NCBI GenBank assembly: GCA_963783725.1
Contig: CAWAOJ010000002.1
Location: forward strand, 1,684,459 to 1,748,458
Length of the DNA stretch: 64,000 nt
From: an uncultured Chloroflexia bacterium
Lineage (GTDB): Bacteria > Chloroflexota > Limnocylindria > QHBO01
Reading direction: 5' to 3'
Below, piece by piece: positions 37,874 through 45,700 of the stretch (position 1 is the stretch's first letter; the number at the start of each line of letters is the position of its first letter). The notes under the pieces were generated by a model that saw nothing but the letters and a program-made list of their open reading frames with translations, was not told where the DNA came from and did no database searches. Position numbers and translations under genes: made by a program.

Positions 37874-38904
37874 CGCGTCACCTCGAACGGTCGCCGCAGG
37901 GCGTATGAACGGGTGTGGATCACGAACCCCGCCCGCTCGTAGAGCCCCAGCGCGCCGCTCGGATTGCCGCTGTCGACGCCGAGCATCGCCTCGTCCATCC
38001 CGGCCTCGCGCAGCCGCAGCAGGGAGCGCGCCACGATCGCCGCCCCCAGCCCGCGCCGCCGCCAGGGGCGGCGCACGAACACCGTCTCGAGCCAGCCACG
38101 TCGTCGGTTGAACGCCTCGTTGTCGGCCTTCCAGATCGCGTTCGTCACGCCGCCGGCGATCTCGTCGCCGTCCCAGGCCACGACGAACAGGTCGGGGTCA
38201 TGGTCCGCATCGGCCAATGAGCGATCGAAGTTCGCTTCCGAGTCGTCGAAGCCGCCCCAGTGGTCCCCGCGGAACGCCTCCGCGTCGGCGTCCCAGACCT
38301 GTTTCTGGCTCGCCCGGTCGTGACCGATGGGGCGGATCTCCAGCCCGTCCGGCATCGGCGGCACGGCGATGTTGTCCAGATTCGGGCGCCGCATTTCGAA
38401 GAAGTAGCGCACGACGTCATAGCCGGCACGCTCGAAGAGGTGGCGCTTGGCTGCCCTCTCCTGCGGCGCCCAGGTCCCGTACGCCAGCGGCGAGGCTGCG
38501 TCCAATGCGGCCGGCAGGGTCGTGGCATGCGCCTCCTGCCATGCCAGCAGGTGGCGACCGATCCCGCGACCCATCTGATCGGGATGCACGTACCCTCCGA
38601 GCTGGAACTCGCGCACGCCCTCGGTCGTGTCGATCCACTGGACCCAGGCATAGCCGACCAGCGTGCCGCCCAGCTCGGCGAGCACGATGTCGCGCGAGGG
38701 ATCGAAATGGTCCCCGGTATAGGCGAGCCAGTTCGTGAGCTCGGCTTCGGTGACGTGGACCTGCACTCCCTCGGCCCGATTCGCCGCGACCGAGATCGGC
38801 GCCATCAGCGCTGCGATGCCGGCACTCCCGTCGTGAACGCGCAGAGCAAGGCCGGGCACGTCCGGCGGGTCGAGCCGGCTGCCGCCGGTGCTGGTGATGG
38901 TCAT
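37870..38904 (-). CDS. two-domain GNAT N-acetyltransferase, tandem paralogue
   Basis: It has the same architecture and near-identical core motifs (VVAWDGDEIAGGVTNAI, VFVRRPWRRRGLGAAIV, GALGLYERAGF). Its stop overlaps the downstream paralogue's start by 4 nt. Confidence 0.75.
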   Translation of the reverse strand: MTITSTGGSRLDPPDVPGLALRVHDGSAGIAALMAPISVAANRAEGVQVHVTEAELTNWLAYTGDHFDPSRDIVLAELGGTLVGYAWVQWIDTTEGVREFQLGGYVHPDQMGRGIGRHLLAWQEAHATTLPAALDAASPLAYGTWAPQERAAKRHLFERAGYDVVRYFFEMRRPNLDNIAVPPMPDGLEIRPIGHDRASQKQVWDADAEAFRGDHWGGFDDSEANFDRSLADADHDPDLFVVAWDGDEIAGGVTNAIWKADNEAFNRRRGWLETVFVRRPWRRRGLGAAIVARSLLRLREAGMDEAMLGVDSGNPSGALGLYERAGFVIHTRSYALRRPFEVTR

Positions 38905-38956
38905 CTCTGGGACTCCGATGCTGGAGGGGTGAGGGAACCGATCTTCCTGGCCGATC

Positions 38957-39757
38957 TCATCCGACGCGCTTCAGCTTTCCGGTTCGCTTCGCGTAGCGCT
39001 CCGCCCGACCGAACGCCCACAGCCCGAGCGGAATGAAGACGACCCCCATCGCGATCAGCGGCCACACGTCGGCGAGCAGCGCGCCCACGCCCACGCCGTC
39101 GATCAGCCCGGCGCGCACGCCCTCGAGGACGTAGGTGGCCGGCGAGAAGTTCGACAGCACCTGCATCCAGCCGGGCAGCACGTCCACGCTGTAGTAGACG
39201 CCGCTGATGAGCAGCAGCACCGACTGCAGCACGAACGTCATCTGCGCCCCGCGCTCCACGTAGATGAGCGGCAGGATGGCGGTCATGATCCCGATGCCGA
39301 CGAACGACAGCGATCCGAGCACCATGAACACCGCCGCGGTGGCGAAGTTCGCGTGCGAAAGATCCAGCTCGAAGAAGAGGCTCAGCACCACCAGCACCAC
39401 GATGGTGTGGATGAGGCCGTACGCGACCGCGTAGACCGTCGAGCCGACCATCTGCGTGTACCGGCGCACCGGCGCCATGAACGTGTATTCGAGCGTCCCT
39501 TCCCAGCGTTCCCAGGCGACCGTCTCGGCGATGAAGCTGAAGACGACCGACAGGTAGTTCCAGAAGATGGCGCCGATGACGAGCGTCAGCAGCAGGCGGT
39601 CGTTGGCCTGGTCACGGCCGATGAGCGACACGGCGAGCGCGCCGGCCACGGCGTAGATCAGGAACGCGACCTCCCAGCCCCAGTAGCGCCGGGTCAGGTT
39701 GAAATTCCGCTCGACGAAGGCGAAGCTCGCCCTCAGCTCGCGGGCCATCAGAGTCAT
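38957..39757 (-). CDS. ABC-2 type transporter permease
   Basis: 266 aa with 6 predicted TM segments and an ABC-2 family layout (FVERNFNLTRRYWGWE...). It lies downstream of an ABC ATPase. Confidence 0.8.
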   Translation of the reverse strand: MTLMARELRASFAFVERNFNLTRRYWGWEVAFLIYAVAGALAVSLIGRDQANDRLLLTLVIGAIFWNYLSVVFSFIAETVAWERWEGTLEYTFMAPVRRYTQMVGSTVYAVAYGLIHTIVVLVVLSLFFELDLSHANFATAAVFMVLGSLSFVGIGIMTAILPLIYVERGAQMTFVLQSVLLLISGVYYSVDVLPGWMQVLSNFSPATYVLEGVRAGLIDGVGVGALLADVWPLIAMGVVFIPLGLWAFGRAERYAKRTGKLKRVG

Positions 39758-39806
39758 CGAATCAAGCTCCTGTCGGTGTGTCGGAGGATGCCGACCCGGC
39801 GCCCCG

Positions 39807-39998
39807 TCAGGGGTACCGGGCCGGCTTGAGCGTCGGCTCCGCCGCCAGGCGCGTCCCCACGCGCACCAGGTGGCGACCGACCCAGCGTCGCACGGAGCGA
39901 CGCGGACGAGCGACGTGCGGATGGATCTCGCGGCGCAGCTGCGCCACGCGGTCGTCGTTCGCGCGTCCCAGGTCCTGTGGAGTCGGCAGGATGATCAC
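39807..39998 (-). CDS. small Arg-rich hypothetical protein (63 aa) between ABC ATPase and permease
   Basis: A near-perfect SD AAAGGAGGTGA (40004-40014) sits 5 nt upstream of GTG 39998, and the codons are GC3-rich. An alternative GTG at 40007 lies inside the SD. Confidence 0.45.
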   Translation of the reverse strand: MIILPTPQDLGRANDDRVAQLRREIHPHVARPRRSVRRWVGRHLVRVGTRLAAEPTLKPARYP

Positions 39999-40014
39999 GG
40001 TTCTCACCTCCTTT

Positions 40015-40905
40015 CTATTCCTCTTCGTCTTCGTTCTCGTCGCCGTTGACGTCGTCGTCCAGCGACCGTCCGGTGAAGGTCATGAACACGCTCTCGAGCG
40101 TCGGCGGCAGGCCGTGACGCTCGGCCACCAGCGCCTTCAGCGCCTGCGGCGTGTCCTCGGCCACCAGTCGGCCGTGGTTGATCAGGCCGATGCGGTCGCA
40201 GAGCCGGTCCGCCTCGTCGAGGTCGTGCGTGGTGAGCACCATCGTCGCGTCGTGCTCGTCTCGCAGCTCCTCGATGAAGGACTGCACGTCGAGCTTGGAG
40301 CGCGGATCCAGGCCGGTCGTCGGCTCGTCGAGGAGCAGCAGCGTCGGGCTGGTGAGCAGCGCCCGCGCGATGGCGACCTTCTGCTGCATTCCGCGGCTCA
40401 TCTGCTCCAGCGGCCGGTTGAGCCGCTTCTCGCCGATGCCGAGCCGTGCCAGGATCCTGATCGCCTCGGCCTTCGCGGCACGCGGCTCCATCCCGTACAG
40501 CTTTGCCGCGTAGGCGAGGTTCTCGTGCGGGCTGAGCTTCTTGAAGAAGGCCGCATCCACGCTGACCCGATTGATCAGGCGCTTGACCGCCATCTCGTCG
40601 CGCGCCACGTCATGGCCGAAGACCAGGACGCGCCCCGCATCGATCGTCAGCAGCGTGCTGACGAGCCGGATCAGGGTCGACTTGCCGCTCCCGTTCGCGC
40701 CCAGGACGCCGTAGATCTCGCCGCGCCGGATGCGCAGCGACACGTCGTCGATGGCGGTCACCGAGCGGTGTCTGCGCCCCACCACGAACCGCTTGGTGAC
40801 GTGGTCGACCAGCAGCGCGGCGGTGCCCGATTCGATCCCCGGCTCGCGCTGCGCGATCGGCGGGCGAGCCGCGTTCGTGTTCAGTTGTTCGAGTGTGCCG
40901 GTCAT
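40015..40905 (-). CDS. ABC transporter ATP-binding protein
   Basis: Walker A GANGSGKST, signature MSRGMQQK, Walker B LLLLDEPTTGLD, H-loop TTHDL, and an acidic C-terminal tail. Confidence 0.9.
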   Translation of the reverse strand: MTGTLEQLNTNAARPPIAQREPGIESGTAALLVDHVTKRFVVGRRHRSVTAIDDVSLRIRRGEIYGVLGANGSGKSTLIRLVSTLLTIDAGRVLVFGHDVARDEMAVKRLINRVSVDAAFFKKLSPHENLAYAAKLYGMEPRAAKAEAIRILARLGIGEKRLNRPLEQMSRGMQQKVAIARALLTSPTLLLLDEPTTGLDPRSKLDVQSFIEELRDEHDATMVLTTHDLDEADRLCDRIGLINHGRLVAEDTPQALKALVAERHGLPPTLESVFMTFTGRSLDDDVNGDENEDEEE

Positions 40906-40945
40906 GTCGGTTTCCCCTTCAGGGAACGATTCGGTGGAGACGAGA

Positions 40946-40979
40946 AGAGCCGCGGACCTGGCGCGTGGTCCGCGGCTCT
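40946..40979 (-). repeat. 13-bp perfect stem hairpin (AGAGCCGCGGACC / GGTCCGCGGCTCT) in the 5' UTR of the ABC operon
   Basis: Arms at 40946-40958 and 40967-40979 with an 8-nt loop. The core CCGCGGAC...GTCCGCGG recurs at 61104-61124 in another 5' UTR. Confidence 0.6.
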
Positions 40980-41003
40980 CGGTTGACGCCCGCGAGGGGC
41001 ATC

Positions 41004-41033
41004 AAAAAACCGTGGACCCGATCCGGCCCACGG
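41004..41033 (-). terminator. intrinsic terminator (GC hairpin + T6) on minus strand
   Basis: The minus strand reads CCGTGGGCCGGATCGGGTCCACGG followed by TTTTTT (plus-strand A6 at 41004-41009). It was the only T6/A6 tract I noticed outside the tmRNA gene. Confidence 0.6.
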
Positions 41034-41212
41034 CTCGTGGCTGGTGCTGGCGGCATTGCCGCCACGGCTCAGCTCGAACGGGGCACAGATCTCCCGCAGA
41101 CTCCGCCCTCGAGAGGCGTCATCGTGCGGCGCGGAAACGCGCTGGTGAGGAGATTCATGGCCTGACTTGCTTTCCCTCGTGTCTGAATGGCTCGGTGCGC
41201 ACGCGGCACCGA
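41004..41212 (-). ncRNA. ~210-nt structured transcript or regulatory leader of unknown class upstream of the ABC-2 exporter operon
   Basis: Bounded by the promoter at 41219-41248 and the terminator at 41004-41033. It contains several GC-rich hairpins, and I recognised no match to a known RNA family. Confidence 0.4.
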
Positions 41213-41218
41213 CGCGGG

Positions 41219-41248
41219 AGTCTACGGCGGTTCCCGGCGGCGTGTCAA
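41219..41248 (-). promoter_or_regulatory. sigma70-type promoter TTGACA-18 nt-TAGACT (minus strand)
   Basis: The minus strand has TTGACA (41248-41243), an 18-nt spacer and TAGACT (41224-41219). Confidence 0.55.
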
Positions 41249-41344
41249 GGCCGTCCGGCACTTGTGCGCGGCGGCGATACTGACAGTGGCGAGGTGCGAC
41301 CAATTCGGCGCCGCTCCTCACCCGAACGGAGGAGTGGCACCGAG

Positions 41345-42304
41345 ATGCGAGTCCACCGCGGCCTGCTGTTCTGGGGGTTGGCGCTCGTCACCGCCGGCGC
41401 AGTCGCCTTTCTGGTTCAACAGAACGTTCTATCCGGCAGCCTGATCAACGGCGCGTGGCGCCTGTGGCCGCTGATCCTCGTCGCGATCGGGCTGTCGATT
41501 CTCGCGGCGCGGACGCCCCTGGCGCCGCTCGGCGCCGCTGCCGGCGGCATCCTCGTGGGGCTCATCGTCGGCTCGCTCTTCGCGAGCGGGCCGTGGAACC
41601 TCGCCGGCTGCGGCGACACGGGCGCCGGCAGCGGATCGACGCAGGCGAGGGATGGCACCTTCGCCGCCGCCGCGTCGGTGGATCTGCAGCTCAACTGCGG
41701 CAACCTCGACGTCAGCAGCGCCCCGGGACAGCGATGGCAGCTCAGCACGACGGCGACGAGGCAGCCGGAAGTGACGAGCACGAACGATCGCCTGACGGTC
41801 CGATCGGCCGAGATGGAGTGGTTCAACGAGTCGCGCCAGGACTGGCAGGTCACGCTGCCGACCGATGGCTCGCTGGCCGTCTCCCTCAACGTGAACGCTG
41901 GATCGACAAGGGTGCGGCTCGGCGGGGCGCAGCTGAGCGAGCTGGGCGTGGACGCCAACGCGGGCGACGCGAAGCTCGACCTCTCCGGCGCCAAGATCGA
42001 CGGGCTGAACGTCTCGGTGAACGCCGGATCGGCGTCGGTCACCCTCGACGACAGGAGCGCGGTGAGCGGGTCGCTCAGCGCCAACGCCGGATCGCTCCAG
42101 CTCTGCGCGCCCGATGCCCTGGGGCTTCAAATCGACGTCAGCGACAACGTGGCGTTCGGGCACAATCTCGCCGACCGCGGCTTGACGCAGTCGGGCACCA
42201 CCTGGACGACCGCGAACTATGCAGACGCAGCTGTGCGTGCGACCCTCAGCGTGGACGGGAATGCCGCGAGCTTCACACTCAACCCGGACGGAGGCTGTGA
42301 ATGA
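41345..42304 (+). CDS. membrane protein with DUF4097/LiaF-like (toastrack) C-terminal domain
   Basis: N-terminal TM segments, then repeated beta-strand units (LNVNAGSTRVRLGG, VDANAGDAKLDLSG, VSVNAGSASVTLDD, LSANAGSLQLC). It is co-oriented with and overlaps the pspC-like gene. Confidence 0.65.
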   Translation: MRVHRGLLFWGLALVTAGAVAFLVQQNVLSGSLINGAWRLWPLILVAIGLSILAARTPLAPLGAAAGGILVGLIVGSLFASGPWNLAGCGDTGAGSGSTQARDGTFAAAASVDLQLNCGNLDVSSAPGQRWQLSTTATRQPEVTSTNDRLTVRSAEMEWFNESRQDWQVTLPTDGSLAVSLNVNAGSTRVRLGGAQLSELGVDANAGDAKLDLSGAKIDGLNVSVNAGSASVTLDDRSAVSGSLSANAGSLQLCAPDALGLQIDVSDNVAFGHNLADRGLTQSGTTWTTANYADAAVRATLSVDGNAASFTLNPDGGCE

Positions 42305-42771
42305 ACAGGCGACTCTACAAATCGCGAACCGATCGCGTGATCGGCGGCGTTGCGGGCGGCGTCGCCCAGTATCTCGACATGGACCCGTCGCTGGTTCGCA
42401 TCGTGTGGGCCATCCTGGCGCTCGTCACCGGCGGGCTGATGCTGCTGGTCTACCTGGTGATGTGGATCGTCGTGCCCGAGGCTCCGGTGGGATGGTCGCC
42501 GACCGCGGCGATGCCGACCGGCGAGCCGCTGGTCGACCCCCAGACCGGGCAACCCGTCGCGCCGCCGACCGACCCGGAATGGCATCCCGCCGCTCACCAC
42601 TCGGGAAACGGACGCCTGGTGGTCGGCCTACTGCTGATCCTGCTGGGCCTGTTCTTCCTGGTACGCGAGTACATTCCCAGCATCCGCTGGGATCTCTTCT
42701 GGCCGATCCTGCTCGTCATCGCCGGCGCGGCGCTGCTCGTCGGTGCCCTCGGGCGGCGCGACGCCGGCTGA
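42301..42771 (+). CDS. PspC domain-containing membrane protein
   Basis: PspC motif RLYKSRTDRVIGGVAGGVAQYLDMDPSLVRIVWAIL, followed by TM segments. Confidence 0.85.
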   Translation: MNRRLYKSRTDRVIGGVAGGVAQYLDMDPSLVRIVWAILALVTGGLMLLVYLVMWIVVPEAPVGWSPTAAMPTGEPLVDPQTGQPVAPPTDPEWHPAAHHSGNGRLVVGLLLILLGLFFLVREYIPSIRWDLFWPILLVIAGAALLVGALGRRDAG

Positions 42772-45700
42772 GGACGGCAGCGGCAGCAGCCTGCGACCCC
42801 AGACCGCGAAGGAGGCGGCGAGCGTCGCCACGACCGCGCCGCCCACCACGCGCAGCAGGTCGGCGTTGAGCAGCTGTCCGCGGTTGCCCTGCGGCGGCTC
42901 CGGGAACTGGAAGTAGTAGTTCCAGGCCGGCAACGTCTTGGCGGCGTTGATGTACCAGTCGGGCATGGCCAGCGCGGACCCGAGCGGGAAGATGAGGAGA
43001 CCCGCGACGCCGGCGGCGACGAGGAAGGCGACGCCCAGCGACGACCACTCCCTGCTGCGGAGCAGGTCGTCGAGCGCATAGGCCACTGCGATCATGGCGA
43101 ACAGGACCGCGGTGAAGTAGTGGTAGTGGAAGGTCGCGCGCTCGATCCTGGTCCACGGCAGGAACTGGAAGGCGAAGGCGGCGACCAGCAGCACCAGCGC
43201 CAGCGACCGGCGCCGCCAGGCCTGCACGGCGCAGTAGAGCAGGGCCGGGATGCCGGCCCAGAACAGGATCGGATTGCCGCCGTTGTAGATGACGGCGTTC
43301 TGCCGCGCGTCGGGGAACGAGTGGCCGTAGAACCAGACCGGCTTCAGGTCCAGCGGCCAGCTCCACCACGGCGACGAGCTCGGGTGTCCCGCCTGCAGGC
43401 CGAAGTGGTACGAGAACATCTGCGCCTGAAGCTCATCGAGCGACCAGTGGTAACCGGGGCCGGTATTCGGGATTGCGACGGAATGGCCCAGCTGCAGGTA
43501 CGGCACGTACGACAGGAAGTAGATCAGCAGCGGAACGACGACCAGGCAGGCTCCGACCCACGACCAGCCGAACCCGGCCAGCGCCGTGGGGCTGAACCAG
43601 CTGGCATCGGTCGAGGGGCGAAGGACCGATAGGGCGGCGCGGCCCACGATCAGGACCGCCGCGACGGCGAGCATGATCCAGGCGGGCCAGGCTGCCTGCG
43701 TGCCTCGCGCCAGGAAGGCGAACAGGTACTCGACGCCGCTTCCCGGCGAGCGCCCCGCGACCTGTCCGTACGCGATCGCGAAGGGGACGCCGATGACCCC
43801 AAGGACGATCCCCGATGCGGGCAGCGCGATCAGCTCCGCGGGGCGGATCCGTATCGGCCTGACCCAGGAGATCAGCAGTGCCAGGAGCAGGGCACCGATC
43901 ATGATCAGCACGAACGGCCATGGCGCTCCAAAGCTGCCGACCACGGCGAGGAAGCCGATCGCCACCACCAGCAGCAGGCGTCCCAGCGGGGATCGCGCCA
44001 GCACCAGCACCCAGAGGCCGATCAGCGCGTACCAGCCCACCCACTTGCTCGCGGCAGCCAGGCCGATGAGGACGCCGACCAGCGGCAGCGCCCACCACGC
44101 GCTGGTCGCCCAGCGTCCGGACCAGATGAACCAGAAGACCAGGTAGGCGGCGATGATGAAGGTCGCCACGTAGATGTCGTTCATCGCGATGCGGCTCATC
44201 ACGTAGCTCATGCCGTCGACGGCGACGAACGCGGCGGCGAGAACGGCGATGCGCCGGCGGCGGAACATTGCGGCGCCGAGCAGGTAGATCAGGCCGACCA
44301 GCAGCGAGCCGAAGACGATCCCCATCAGGCGCCAGGCGAAGGCGTTGCTGCCCGCGTCGATGCGCACCAGCGAGCCGCCGCCCGCCGCCGAAGCGGTCGC
44401 CACCATCAGGTTGTGGTTGTCGTCACCCTCGGCCAGCGAGCCGGTGTCGACCGCCATCGCCCGCGGCTCACCGGGGAGGGCCGTCGTGTCGAACGCGGCG
44501 AAGCCGGAGCGTGAGTCGCCGTGCGGCTCGATGGTCCAGACCACCGGCCGGCCGTCCTGCACGCCGGCGACGTACATGATGTTGGCCACGTCCTGCCAGG
44601 CGATGGCACCGGGCGCGCCGGGCAACGGGACGGTGTCGACGATGGTCAGCGTATTGGAGAGCACGGTGATGCCGCCGGCCGTCGCTCCATGCTCATCGTC
44701 AGCGGGGAGCGGCCCGACCGGGATCCACGCCTGCAGGTCGGTGCCGTCGCCGCGGACGATGAGCGGCCCCACCGGCGCGGCGGGCGGCGCGATGGTTCGT
44801 ATCTCCTTGAGCGTGTCGGCGTCGAGCACGGCGACGAGGCCTCGGGCCGGATCGACCGCGAGCACCGAGCGGGGCGGGTCCGCGTCGGAGGTCCCCGCGA
44901 CATAGGCCAGTCCCGCGCTCGGCTGGGCGCTGGATGGCCAGCACGTTCCCGCTCGCCCGATCGACCTCGGCGATCCCCGAGGTTCCACCGAAGAGCAGCA
45001 CGTCGTCCTGCGGCGGGGCGGTGACGCTGAGGTCGGCGCGCCAATGCACGGCGATCTGCGACACCGAGTCGAGCCCCGTCTCGATGGGCGGCGCGGATGG
45101 TGGTGGCGCTCGCGGACCGACATGTGACAGGAAGGCGCTGAGCGGATAGACGAGCACCGACCCGCTCGCCGTCGAACCGGCCAGCAGCCGCTCTCCCTCG
45201 GCGTCGTAGGCGAGTGCCGAGACGGCCGTGCCGGCCGTCCACGAGGCGACCTGCTCACCGTTCAGCGCGTCGCGCGCCACGATGCGATCGGTGCCATCGG
45301 CGAGGAAGATGACGGATCGTTGATGCCCGTGCGCCGCCCGCTTCGGCGCCACGGCGATCGCAGCCGGGGCGCCGTCGAGCGGCACGGTGGCGGTGACCTT
45401 GTTGGGATCGGCGATCTCGATGCCGGCGGCGATGAGGTACTTGGCCAGCATCGGGTGCGTCCACTCGTACGCGTCGCGCTTCCAGCCGTGCTCCCAGTCG
45501 GCAAGCCACTCGGTCGCGGACCGCGCGTGGTAGACCTCGTCGAAGTGCATCGACTGCGGAAGGTCGAGACGCCACAGACGGAACACGAAGGCACCGAGCA
45601 CGAAGACCACCACGAGCAGGGCGTCGAGGCGGTCGAAGCGCCGCATCGGCTCACGCAGGAGCGGATCCGAGCGCGTGGAGCGCAACCAGCCGAAGCCCGC

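Noticed and set aside
41280-41295. A GCCACTG heptamer (minus strand) resembling the conserved core of cobalamin riboswitches, plus a nearby AGGGAA.
   Set aside because: It lies upstream of the predicted promoter, and the motifs are in the wrong order relative to a B12 aptamer. The B12 box (AGCCAGGAGACCTGCC-like) is absent.
42628-42771. Large convergent 3' overlaps: GT39/pspC (144 nt), otsA/otsB (53 nt) and sortase-like/MFS (58 nt). I considered them as possible antisense regulation.
   Set aside because: In DNA this GC-rich, stop codons are scarce, so ORFs often run on past the functional C-terminus. The overlapping tails are low-complexity. A hidden indel near the GT39 3' end is an alternative explanation I cannot exclude.
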